From: Octopus bimaculoides
Lineage: Eukaryota
Direction: 5' to 3'
Assembly (NCBI RefSeq): GCF_001194135.2
Contig: NC_068987.1
Location: forward strand, 56,855,321 to 56,900,758
Length of the DNA stretch: 45,438 nucleotides
The position numbers and the translations under genes are program-made. The notes beneath the pieces were generated by a model. That model saw only the letters and a program-made list of their open reading frames with translations. It did not search any database and was not told the DNA's origin. Of this stretch, positions 23,641 to 34,497 are shown piece after piece. Numbering within the stretch: position 1 is the stretch's first letter; the number at the start of each line of letters is the position of its first letter.

Positions 23641-23770
23641 CAAGGTTGACTTCGTCTTTCAACCATGTGGGATCAATAAAATGAGTACCTGTTGAGTACT
23701 GGGGCCAATGTAATTGATGTACCCTCTTCCCTGAAATTGCTGGCCTTGTGCCAAAAATCTGAAACCAATA
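23641..23770 (+). mobile_element. SINE family C, 3' part
   Basis: AGGTTGACTT..CTTTCA..ATAAAATGAGTACC..ATTGCTGGCCTTGTGCCAAAA. Confidence 0.75.
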
Positions 23771-23772
23771 TA

Positions 23773-23813
<41 letters not shown>

Positions 23814-24188
23814 CTGAGAAATATGGATGTTCAAGAAATTGTGTGAGATCCATTCATAAAGCAATTTGTCCAATATTTCCAACTAATGCAAGCCTATGTG
23901 CAGTCAGTCAACCTACTAGAAGTAACAACCAGCTGTTCCTGGAATCTCACTCTTCTATTTTAAAATGGAAGACACATTGGATAATACTCTCCTAGGTATA
24001 TATCTTAAAAGAAAAAAACGTTCGGATTGTCATGGTTAAAACACTTTTTGATCATAAATCTGCTTAATGTTAGGAATGTCCTGGGCTAAACAACAACTCC
24101 AGCTATTATCCAAATTTACCCAGCAATGTCATTCAGTCTGACAAATTGGGTAGTGAGCAGGCAGAAGGTAAATGTAAAATATTTAAAT

Positions 24189-24503
24189 CTTTCTTTTATC
24201 TTTCACTTGTTTCTGTCATTGGACTGTGATCATGCTGGAGCACTACCTTAAAGGGTTTCATTGAACAAGTCAATCTCAGTACTTAATTTTAAGACTGGTA
24301 CTCTTTCTGTTGGCTTCTTTTGTTAAACTCCAAAGTTTCAGGGATGTAAACAAATCAACACAAGTTAGCAATGGTGGTTGAGACAAACACAGACACATAC
24401 ATATATACAACAGGCTTCCACACAGTTTCTGTCTACTAAATTCACTCACAAGATGTTGGTCTGCCCAGGGCTATAGTGGAAGACACTTACCTAGGGAACC
24501 ACT
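24189..24503 (-). mobile_element. SINE family B1, diverged
   Basis: Reverse complement shows GTGTCTTCCACTATAGCC, TTGTGAGTGAATTTAGTAGAC and the tail TGCTCCAGCATG..GACAGAAACAAGTGAAAGATA. Confidence 0.7.
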
Positions 24504-25254
24504 AAGGTCATTTTTCTTTTTCTTTCTTTTCTTTTCTTTTTTTTTTTTTTGAAATGGAATCTTCCAAACCTGAGTTACCTCATTAGTGAAATTGATAATT
24601 AGAAAATGAAATGCTATATTTATCTCTATTGTTTGTTTTTTATTTTATTTTTTTTTTCTTATGTGACAGCTAATTGACATGAATTTGAAGTAAACTACTC
24701 AACACAATTAACAAGGCTTGATGTGATAGCTTCACTGTCCCTGTTTTTGATTCCTATCTGAATCTGTTAATGAAAGTGGCTGCTGGCCAAATTGATAAGG
24801 TGCCAGCCTACTGATTGAACATTAGGTTAGGTTGATGGTGTTTGCATCACTTCACTGTATTTCTGACAAAGATGTTTAACTGCAATAGATATTAACTGAT
24901 AAAATACAGGTCTGTATTGTAGATAGTAGTCTCTTTCTCTTCATTTTGGCAGAAGTAAACTTACCTCCTCATGATGCTTATGAGGCATTTGTGAGTTAGA
25001 TATTTTTGTGTGGTACTGGCAAAGAATAGAATGTGGAACAGTGGCTGCCTGTTTGGTCAATACTGTAACTCATTTTATTTCACTTCATAACACAAAAGCT
25101 TTTTTTATATATATTTTCTAATTAGAGGAGAGAAAAGTCAGCACCTGTGAAAGTCAGTGCCTTTGTAGGACCTCCAAGACTTGTAAAAGGGGAGGAGAAA
25201 GTTATTTTCAGTCTGGAGACTGTGGCCCAACTACTTGCAGCAGAGTGTACTTTT

Positions 25255-25477
25255 TTAACCCTTTAGCATTTAAACTGACCATGTCCAGCCCAAGCATTCT
25301 ACCTGTTCTATGTTCAAACCAGCCAGATCCAGCCTTTCACACCTACCCTATAATGTCATTCTAAAAATAAACAATCACATCATTGAAATCTCAAAGCTAT
25401 GAGATAATGCATGATTAATTTGAAACAATGTGCGTAAATAGGCATTGCATTTAACCTGCTGAACGCTAAAGGGTTAA
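25255..25477. mobile_element. TTAA-flanked MITE (piggyBac-like), family G
   Basis: TTAACCCTTTAGCATT ... AACGCTAAAGGGTTAA termini. Confidence 0.88.
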
Positions 25478-25715
25478 AGACACCTTAGGACCAGGTGATG
25501 GTGTTAAACTGGATTATGTGAAAAGGAGCAGTTCTTTCAGTGGCTTTCACACAGTTTGCCATCTGCCAAGTTTCAATTAGATCTTGGTTAACCCAAAACT
25601 AGGGCAGAACAAACCTTGTCCAAAGTGTTGTGCAGTGGAATTGAATCCAGAACCATACAATTTCAAAACAAACTTCTTAATCATGCAGCCTTAACTGTGA
25701 CCAGTGTAGATGATT

Positions 25716-25964
25716 CATCATCGCCATCATCATTGTCCTCATCATCTTAACATCCATTTTTCCACTCTTGCTTGAGGCAGGTTTTTTTACAGCCAGATGC
25801 CCTTCTTGTTGCCAACACTCTCCTGTTTCCAAGCAAGGTGATATTTCCCCCATAGTCAGACATGTTTACTTGGAATATTGCAAATGAATCACAGCACTTG
25901 TGTGATGGTGATGCTCATTTTCATCTATCACAAAATATCATGACAAGGTGACACAACCATGTGT

Positions 25965-26048
<84 letters not shown>

Positions 26049-26188
26049 AGTGGGATTCTTTCAGTTTCCATCTGCCATATCTACCCACAGGCTTTGGTCA
26101 GTCCAAGACTATAGTAGAAGACACTTGCCCTAGGTGCCACTCGGTGGAAGTGAACCCAAAACCAAGTAAATATCTTAATCATGCAGCC
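25716..26188 (-). mobile_element. SINE family B2 (full length) carrying an expanded (CA)40
   Basis: Head at 26050-26188, (CA)n at 25966-26045, and an RTE-type tail with (CAT)n at 25716-25760. Confidence 0.8.
25966..26045. repeat. (CA)40 microsatellite
   Basis: Read directly from the sequence. Confidence 0.95.
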
Positions 26189-26584
26189 ATCTCACATTTC
26201 CCCATTTTTTCTATATCTATAAATTTGGTGCTTTATGACCAGACCAATGAAATATCATTATTTAATGCTATCTTATTATGCTAGTGAAAGTGGCAGCTAA
26301 CCAAATTGATATAGAGCCAAGCTCTTGGTAGAACAGTTTGTATCACTTCACTATAACTCTGTACAAGAGGATTAACTCTTGGTGGTACCATAATTCTTGC
26401 AGAAAAGTCATAGTTCATGTTTGTCAATTGTTTCGACTCAGCCAGACACTCTTCAGTTACAGTCTCACTTTAACCCCACCTCCCTGTGGCATATACAATT
26501 AAATTAACAAGATAGTTGAGTAAAGTATTTTTGTTAGGAACACATTATAATGCTGGTGGGAGATAGATATAGAATATTGCTTTT

Positions 26585-27200
26585 CAATCACATGGTTTTG
26601 CAATTAGTCCCACTGCAAGGCTTCTTGGGCATGTCTCTTCTACTATAGCCTCAAGTTGTGCAAAGCCTTGTGAGTGAATTTGTTGACAGAAACTGAACAA
26701 AACCTGTTGAGTGCATTTATATATCTTTGTATGTGTTTGTGTCTCCTTGTCATGACTGTCAGGGCTGTGGAATCGAAACAAAATACTTCGACTCTGACTC
26801 CTCTACTATTAGTACCTTCGACTCTGACTCCTCTTTATGTAATTAAGTGATTGTGATCTACATATTTCATAAAGCATATGCACACACTTGTGCTTTGAGT
26901 AGGCCTATATGTTATAACTGACTTATATTAAAGAATAAAGATATTGCAAGTTGGAGTCAGTATAGTTTTACTGACTCCAACTCCAGCTACCCCTTAATCC
27001 CCTTAATTGTTTCCGACTCCGACTCCACAGCCCTGGTTGTGAGCAAGTGTCACAACGTTCAGGCAGTATCCTTCATTTGCAATCTTCCATCCAGTCATGG
27101 GGGAATATCAACTTTCTTGGTAACAGGTAAGGGTTGGTGACAAGAAAGACCTCCAACCATAAAACATCTGTTCCAAAGAATTCTCTCCAATCCATGCAAC
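26585..27200 (+). mobile_element. SINE family B2 interrupted by a MITE
   Basis: Head at 26585-26755. The tail resumes after 27035 (GTTGTGAGCAAGTGTCAC...CTTGGTAACAGGTAAGGGTTGG...CCATGCAA). Confidence 0.7.
26760..27035. mobile_element. hAT-like MITE (276 bp)
   Basis: TIRs CAGGGCTGTGGAATCG / CGACTCCACAGCCCTG (15/16) with multiple subterminal GACTCC/GGAGTC motifs. No clear 8-bp TSD. Confidence 0.8.
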
Positions 27201-27645
27201 CACCATCCCCATCATTATTGGTTAAGTTTCATACTTTAAAGTATGTATTTAATTGGAATATTTGAGGTGGGGGAGAGCTTTATCTGCACTAAACTCCAAC
27301 AGCATATCATTTAGTGGTGCAGACCACACACCACATACAAATTCACAACATATTGTTGTGCATTTTTTTTATTTCTCTTGACACTTTTTTTCCTTTCCAG
27401 TCTTTCTGTGGTATTCTGAAAATTAAATTCTTCAACTCTGGTCCCTTATACCTAGTGCCCTTTATGGATGCATATGGCTTCTCTTCCAATGAATTTTTGC
27501 AACATTTTGGATAATCTGAAAATCCCTTCTCAACTTTTTTAAAACCTCTTCAGTTTTTTTTTTGTTTTAGATTTTTTTTTTAATTTGCCTTTTATTATTA
27601 TTTATTCAGTGATATTAAGGTTTCTTATTTACTGTTTTATTGCAG

Positions 27646-27753
27646 AGTTGTTGACATGTACCCCAACAGGGGAGTCATTGAAATCAGAAACCCAAAATCT
27701 GTTCCTGGGGATGTGCATCGGACATTCACATTTGATTCTGTCTATGACTGGAC
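27646..27753 (+). CDS. KIF3B: Kinesin-2 (KIF3B-like) coding exon 3: VVDMYPNRGVIEIRNPKSVPGDVHRTFTFDSVYDW(T)
   Basis: TTGCAG acceptor, TFTFDSVYDW motif, AC|GTGAGT donor, 108 nt, phase 2 to 2. Confidence 0.95.
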
Positions 27754-28222
27754 GTGAGTAGTAATGATGTTAAATGTGTTAAATGTTTTATGAAATGTCT
27801 AATGTTTCTAGTGAGCATCGAGATAAGACTTGGTCGTAATAAATTTATTAAGGAATTTAGGAAACCACCTTTTCTTTTCATTCCAGACTTTCAAACATTT
27901 ACACTGAAGCTCAGAACTGTATCCATTAGGGAATGTTTGTATTACCAATAGCTTAGTTCTCATTGCAGAATTTAATTCTACTTCTAACTTAACTGTACAA
28001 ACATTTAATCATGGTAACATGGAGGTAGTCTTATTATCATTCTAAGTATTTATTTCACTTGACTAGACACAAGGTAAATTTTTGTAGGGTAAGAAAATTA
28101 GTTTGTTAAATTGTTGATAAAAAACAAATATAGCTGATATTTGTTTTATGAACCTTTCATATAGTAAAGCAAAGTCAATAGCAGTGAGATTTTAACTCTG
28201 GTCTTACAAGTGTAAACCTGAA

Positions 28223-28657
28223 CTGTGAAAGACATTTTGTTGCCAGTGGTACGTGAAAAGACATTCAAGCAAGGCCCCTATGCAGGTAACACGTAAAATA
28301 CACCATTTCGAGCGTGGCCGTTGCTCGTTACCAATGTCGCCTCCCTGGCACGTGAAAAGACATTCGAGCGAGATCGTTGCCAGTGCCGATGGACTGGCTC
28401 CTGTGCAGGTGGCACGTAAAATACACCATTTCGAGCGTGGCTGTCGCCAGTACCGCCTGAGTGGCACGTAAAACACCCACTACACTCTCAGTGGTTGGCG
28501 TTAGGAAGGGCATCCAGCTGTAGAAACTCTGCCAAATCAGATTGGAGCCTGGTGTTGCCTCCTGGTCCACCAGTCTTCAGTCAAATCAACCAACCTATGC
28601 TAGCATGGAAAGCGGACGTTAAACGACGACGATGATGATGATGATGATGATGATGAT
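28223..28657 (+). mobile_element. RTE 3'UTR/tail copy with expanded modular repeats and (GAT)9
   Basis: Repeated ACGTGAAAAGACATTC and ACGTAAAATACACCATTTCGAGCGTGG blocks, then the canonical tail. Confidence 0.88.
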
Positions 28658-28790
28658 CTCTGTATTCACTCTATATTCTTTTTAAATATTATAATCAGTT
28701 ATAGATAATAAATCTGTGGCAAATGTGATATGCTGTTGTGGAAAATAACTTAACTAAAAATTTCGTTACAATCTGAGCATTGTGTTTCTC

Positions 28791-29033
28791 TCATTATCAT
28801 CATCATCGTTTAACGTCCACTTTCCATGCTAGCATGGGTTGGACGATTTGACTGAGGACTGGTGAAACTGGATGGCAACACCAGCCTCCAATCTGATTTG
28901 ACAGAGTTTCTACAGCTGGATGCCCTTCCTAACGCCAACCACTCAGAGAGTGTAGTGGGTGCTTTTACGTCTCACCCGCACGAAGGCCAGTCAGGCGGTA
29001 CTGGCAACGGCCATGCTCAAGATGGTGTATTTT
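28791..29033 (-). mobile_element. RTE 3'UTR/tail copy, inverted relative to 28223-28657
   Basis: Near reverse complement of 7750-7960 and 28445-28640. Confidence 0.9.
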
Positions 29034-29143
29034 GTGTTAAAGATATTGTGAAGAGTTATTAAACTAATGTGTAAATTATATTATACTCCCATTGATATTT
29101 AGGTGCTTTTATCTTCAGTTATCAACCACACTATTAATTACTT

Positions 29144-29706
29144 TTAACCATTTTAATACCCGAGACTACTCTTACTAAAGTGTTCATATTTTAATGAAAA
29201 TTTTATTAAAACATGATATCATAAGATTTCAGTTGGTGAACACCTGTACAATATCTCAAAACAGAAAACCCTTCTGATATTTTGATTATGTTGAAAATTA
29301 ATTCAAACATATAAGCAGTGTGATCATTAGAAATATAATCCCAGAAGAGTTAATAATATAGACTTTCTCTAACAGTAAAGACAGATGAAGACAGTAGGTT
29401 CATGTAAGTTGATCTATGACAGTACCATTTAACAGCCTGATAGTTGTCAGCTGAAGAGGGAAACTATATGTGGTTGCTTAACTCTGTTGATGTCAGCTTG
29501 CCTAGGACCACTCTTAGTTTATGATACAAACTTCATACTTTAAGGAAATCCAAGTTAAATCCTTCCATCAAAATTTCATGTCAATTTTTTTAATCCCGAA
29601 CACCAGCTTAATGATAGAGGTTATTTGCTAAATACTTCATTATTTTTCAAAATTAATTGAAACAAATGCAGTATATTTCAAAGAAATGTGGTAACAAAAA
29701 GATTAA
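29144..29706 (-). mobile_element. Family F TTAA-MITE, inverted and apparently interrupted
   Basis: TTAACCATTTTAATACC at 29144 and TGGTAACAAAAAGATTAA ending at 29706. 29490-29706 is the reverse complement of 8189-8400. Confidence 0.6.
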
Positions 29707-30096
29707 TCTGCTAAAAATAGTGAACAAATTACCCTCAATTTACACTTTATCATCTTTGAAAAGAGAGGGACACATCACATAAAGATGTCGTATGCACTAA
29801 TTGATAAAAAAACAGGATTATCACAACTGAAAGATTTTTGATCATAGGTCTGCTCAATCAGGATTGGTCTGGGGTTAAACAGCAAGCTGATATTTTTCCT
29901 TTTAACAATTTGATGAAACGAAAACAGACTACCACCCAACAGCAAGGTCAAATATGTTGAAATGTGTAATTTTAGAATGACTGATCTAGAATTCTATATT
30001 TTCATAATACACAGGAATGAGTAGTATGGTGGCAATGATAAGTTATGGAAATATTGTGATGCATGACTTAGTTTATCTCATTGGTTCTATTTTCAG

Positions 30097-30221
30097 TTCT
30101 AAGCAACGGGATCTTTATGAAGAAACATTTCGTCCTCTTGTACAATCTGTACTTGAAGGTTTTAATGGAACAATATTTGCTTATGGTCAAACTGGCACTG
30201 GAAAGACATTTACTATGCAAG
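30097..30221 (+). CDS. KIF3B: Kinesin-2 (KIF3B-like) coding exon 4, P-loop: [41 protein letters not shown](G)
   Basis: TTTCAG acceptor, Walker [10 protein letters not shown]|GTATGG donor, 125 nt, phase 2 to 1. Confidence 0.97.
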
Positions 30222-30678
30222 GTATGGCCATTGAAAATTTTATATATTTATAAGGCTCTTTGTACTTTTATGCATGTATGTGCTATTAGTTAATCAGAGA
30301 GGTAGTATCCGAAGATATTTGCAGGCCTTTCCAAACCAATATGGTAAGATCAATATGGCTGAAAGTCAGTTTGAAAATTTGTGGGTCAACATCTGCAGTT
30401 GTTAAGGAGAGACTTCCAGAGTGTGCAGTTCTGGAATGAAAGAGGACTAAAGTATTTAGTGCAATGTTTATGAGGAGAGACAGTGTGTTGGATGGGTCTG
30501 TGGTAGCAGTTAGAAGGAGCAGGGAATCAGTGGTTGTGGTATGTTGATAAATAACTCTTACAAGTTAACTATAACAACATGGTTTGGATATTTGTTTGTA
30601 GTGTCAGCAATAACAATCCCTGTTATCCCTATAAAACTTCTAGAAGCATATATACATACACACTTGCACACAAAATAT

Positions 30679-31058
30679 ATCATCATTTAATGTCCACTTT
30701 TCCATGCCTGCACGGCTCAGATGGAATTTATTGAGGCAGATTTTATTTGGTTGGGTGCCATTCTTATCATCAATCCTCACAAGTAAGGCAATATCTCCAC
30801 GTGGCTAGACATATTTTCCATTGAAGACTGGAAACAAACATGATTTGTATGATGATGGTGCTCAGTTCCCACCACCACGTCATGACCACACACACAAAAT
30901 GGGCTTCTTCTAATTTCTATGTATGAAATCCACTCACAAGGCTATGGTCAACCTGAGGCTATATTTAGAAGACATTTGTCCTAGGTACTGCACTAAGGGA
31001 CTGAATTTGAGACCATATGGTTGGGAAACAAGCTTTTCAACTACACGAACATACCTCT
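30679..31058 (-). mobile_element. SINE family B2, diverged
   Basis: CATCATTTAATGTCCACTTTTCCATG tail and AAATCCACTCACAAGGC..GAAGACATTTGTCC head on the minus strand. Confidence 0.7.
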
Positions 31059-31099
31059 GCCTATAATATATATATAAATCCCCCTTATCGTACTGCAAT

Positions 31100-31720
31100 G
31101 CAGGTATGTTGTGTGAGCTTGACAAAATGGCAGCAGCTGATTGGGACTAAAGTATCTTCTGTCTCTGAAGAAGCAGCATAGTATTTGGGATGCTATGAAA
31201 GATCGAGATTGTGAGAATGACCATTTGTAGCAAGATTGAGGAGTTTTAATTGTGAATCGTTCATAATCTGAGAATGCGAGGTACAAGACCGTTTCTTTAT
31301 GTGTATTATTTTTGCACTGCTTTTGCAGATTCCCATGACTGTCTGTCGGCATCCAATTCCATTATTATGAATTTAGATTGGGAGCTTGAGTCATGATGAA
31401 TCTTTCATTAGCTGATTACACAACCATGGACCCCACCGCTATGAATGCGTTGCAATTACTCTCTTGATAGAACTTGGTCCTGACCATTGATCATCTAGGA
31501 TTCTTCTGCTCAGCATCAATGTAGAAAGCACCATTAGCTCAGTTGAGCTCTTCCATTACCTCTTCACAATCCACCATGCTGTTGTCCTGGGACTTCACCA
31601 TATCTTTGGTAGGGTGGCTGAACAGATGCTGTGCTTTGTCAAAGGGCAGTCTGTAACTATGCAAGGCACGATCATCATTCCATGAAGTATTTTCAGTATA
31701 CACACATTCCATATGTGTGA
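31100..31720 (-). mobile_element. Decayed non-LTR RT fragment (RTE-like)
   Basis: ORF 31041-31352 contains KETVLYLAFSDYERF, similar to the PLYLAFVDLEKAF motif of the RTE in this window. Confidence 0.45.
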
Positions 31721-31889
31721 CGGTTTAGTCTTTTTCTGCTGAAAAAAGACATGCTATATTGGTTCTGTGACAGTACAGATAATCCAGAATGACCAGTGAG
31801 TCAACCTTTGTGTTGACAAGAAGACTTGTATCCATTGAAGTCATTAAGTATGGTAATAATAATAAGCTTATTGTATGTAGTGCTTAGGT

Positions 31890-32200
31890 GCTCTACAGCT
31901 CATTTGGAAAGGTGAAAAGAGAGGACAGAAAGCAGCCATAAGTAAATAGAGACAATAATGATAGCCAAAAGATATGTACAGGATAAAACATAAAGAAACA
32001 GGAAGGTGAATAGTGTAATTGTATAGTTATGGGTGCATAGTTAGTAATGTCTGGTAGAAAAGACCAAATATGTACCAAGGGGAATAACCATTGGAGTAAT
32101 GTCCTCAGAGCAGGGCAAGTGGTAATTGAGCAAAGCTAGAAATTTAGAGCCAGAATATCTAAATGGGGAAATGGGTGTAAATGTTGCATATTCTCAGTCT
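31890..32200 (-). mobile_element. Decayed non-LTR RT fragment (CR1/Jockey-like)
   Basis: VHIWSFLPD...TYGCFLSSLFTFPNEL loosely matches the WISSFLSDR...PQGSVLSPTLFLIFINDL layout. Confidence 0.3.
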
Positions 32201-32288
32201 CGATCTTTCACAGCAATGTTTGTAATATAGAATGTAGTCTGGACATCAACAATTGACTAGAGATATATGAGAGATTTTGTGATTTATA

Positions 32289-32415
32289 CAGGGTGTCCAC
32301 AAAGTCTGGGTACATGGGGATTAACACATACTTTAAGAAATTATTATTTCTTATATTTAATTGTTTATGTTACGATTTTATTTACTCCCTGTACCCAGAC
32401 TTTGTTAACACCCTG
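32289..32415. mobile_element. Tc1/mariner-type MITE (127 bp) with TA TSD
   Basis: 26-bp TIRs CAGGGTGTCCACAAAGTCTGGGTACA (24/26 match), flanked by TA at 32287-88 and 32416-17. Confidence 0.9.
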
Positions 32416-32940
32416 TAGATTAAGATTGTGGTGTGCATGATAATTGAAGGTGAGAGACATAATCCAGGTTTGATTGAAGTTCAGTATGTAGAAGAACAAG
32501 AATATTTTAGCAAATAGATCTTTCTTGGTATTTAACGTTTGTGTATTTTAAATTTTGATTGAGAAAGAAGACAAATACAATGACACGTGTTGTTGCTAAT
32601 AAATTCTACATTGATCCCAGTAAATGGTTGTTAGTAGCCCATAGAAGGGCTTCTTGAAACTCTGTTATGGTGGAGCATTGGTTATGAACTTGAGAAAAGA
32701 GGATATGGAATTAGGTATCTGCTAATAAAGTTAGCAAGGAAAGGGATTGTTGGGTCACCTCAATAGATTTTGAGTTCATGTACTGGTGTCAGCCTAAGTT
32801 AATACATTGAGTTCATAATAAATGTTTAATTACTTTAAATTTCTGGAACACTAAAAAATAGCTAAGTGTTACAAGTATTTCATACGTATATACATATGAG
32901 AATTTTAAAAGGTTGATTAAATTAAATTTTCTCTTTTCAG

Positions 32941-33065
32941 GTGTTAAAAATGACCCAGATATGCGTGGTGTTATTCCAAATTCTTTTGAGCATATTTTTC
33001 AACACATTTCACGTTCTGAAAACCAGCAGTATTTAGTGAGAGCTTCATATCTCGAAATATATCAG
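32941..33065 (+). CDS. KIF3B: Kinesin-2 (KIF3B-like) coding exon 5: [41 protein letters not shown]
   Basis: TTTCAG acceptor, RGVIPNSF and SYLEIYQ motifs, CAG|GTTTGA donor, 125 nt, phase 1 to 0. Confidence 0.96.
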
Positions 33066-33293
33066 GTTTGATTCATGTTTCTTCATCTTTATGATGCAAA
33101 TAATGGAAAGCTTTAGCTGTATCTTCCTTCTTTGAGTTTTTACCAATACTAATTTGTAAATCTAGTTACTTTAGACTTTCTTTTTTAAACCCGGATCTTA
33201 ATTTTGAGATGTTGATGTTCCTTACTAGCAATTTCATTTCCATACTATGACAGATGAGAATCCTCATTTTTAGCACACAAAGCTTAACTACAC

Positions 33294-33517
33294 TTAATCC
33301 TTTTACCATATTTCTGTTAGAGTATATTGCCTTTATTTCAATTAATTTTGAAAATAATGAAGCGTTTAGTAAAATAACTTCATTATTGAACTGATATTTA
33401 GGACATAAAAATTAATATGAGATTTCAATGATGGTTTTAATTTATATCACTTTGAAAACTAAAGTTTTTATCATAGAACCAAGGAAGTCTTAGGCAGGTT
33501 GGTATCATAAGGGTTAA
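33294..33517 (+). mobile_element. Family F TTAA-MITE
   Basis: TTAATCCTTTTACCATATTTCTG ... GGTATCATAAGGGTTAA. The interior matches 8189-8419. Confidence 0.8.
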
Positions 33518-33764
33518 TGGAAAGCTATAAGGGGAGATATCAGAGATCATTTTACAGGAATTTAATGCAAGTCTATTGAAAGACAATGTCCAATGATGTA
33601 TCAGTGCTAATAACAAAGCAATTATTTCTTACTAAAGTCCACTGCTGTTGGAGGTGGGGTGGGGGTACATGCAGTTGATTTAAACCAGCTCCACTAATTG
33701 ATTAGTGTTTATTTTGTCAACTGTGAGATAATATTAACCACAACAACAAAAATAAAAATAATAA

Positions 33765-33900
33765 TTAGAATCCTTTCTATAATAAGTACAAGGCCTAAAA
33801 TTTTGTGGGTGAGGGCTTGCTAATTATATCAACCCCAGTGTTTGTCTGGTACTTATTTCATCAACCCCAAAAGGATGAAATACAAAGCCAACCTCCCAAC
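33765..33900 (-). mobile_element. SINE family C, 3' part
   Basis: Reverse complement gives TTTCATCCTTTTGGGGTTGATGAAATAAGTACCAG...GGCCTTGTAC. Confidence 0.7.
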
Positions 33901-34015
33901 ATATGCACAATGCCAAACATTTGGGGGAAAGAGTTAGCTGATTAGTTCAACCCTTGTACTCAACAAGTATTTTATTTATGGTGATTGCTAGCAGAGACAT
34001 CTATAGATGTTAATT

Positions 34016-34497
34016 ACAGAGTGGGAGCACTAAGCAGTGATAAGTAAAATTGGAATGTTATCAGTCTGAATATGCTTGATGCATGTTCACACTGGGGGAA
34101 CAAGCTACTCGCTGCATTTTGTCATGGAGAATATATCTCACTTGTTGACAAATGGTGTGTGTACACCTAGATCAGCTCACAGCACCATCTACCTAGACTA
34201 TGTGATGTTAACATTTCGGAGTAGTTGTCTCCTCATCGGTAACAGACACTAAGCTGACAATACCACAAGCTGAATTAAGAGATTACCTCTCTTATGCTTT
34301 TCCAGTCACCATACGGTGACTGGTAACGCCATACGGTGGCTCACCATAAGTAAATTATGCAGGGGGTGCGCTAAGCAGTGATAAGTAAAATTGCAAAGTT
34401 ATTATCAGTCTGAATATGCTTCATGCACATACGAACTGGAGTAACTTGTTCCCCAGTTTGAATATGCATCAAGCATATTAGGACTGATGACATTGCA
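34016..34497. repeat. Direct-plus-inverted repeat structure with a 106-nt hairpin
   Basis: Identical 23-mer CTAAGCAGTGATAAGTAAAATTG at 34030 and 34371. 34444-34497 is the reverse complement of the unit. Confidence 0.85.

Noticed and set aside
28251-28470. CRISPR-like array
   Set aside because: Eukaryotic context, units degenerate and irregularly spaced, no unique equal-length spacers, no cas genes. It is a LINE 3'UTR.
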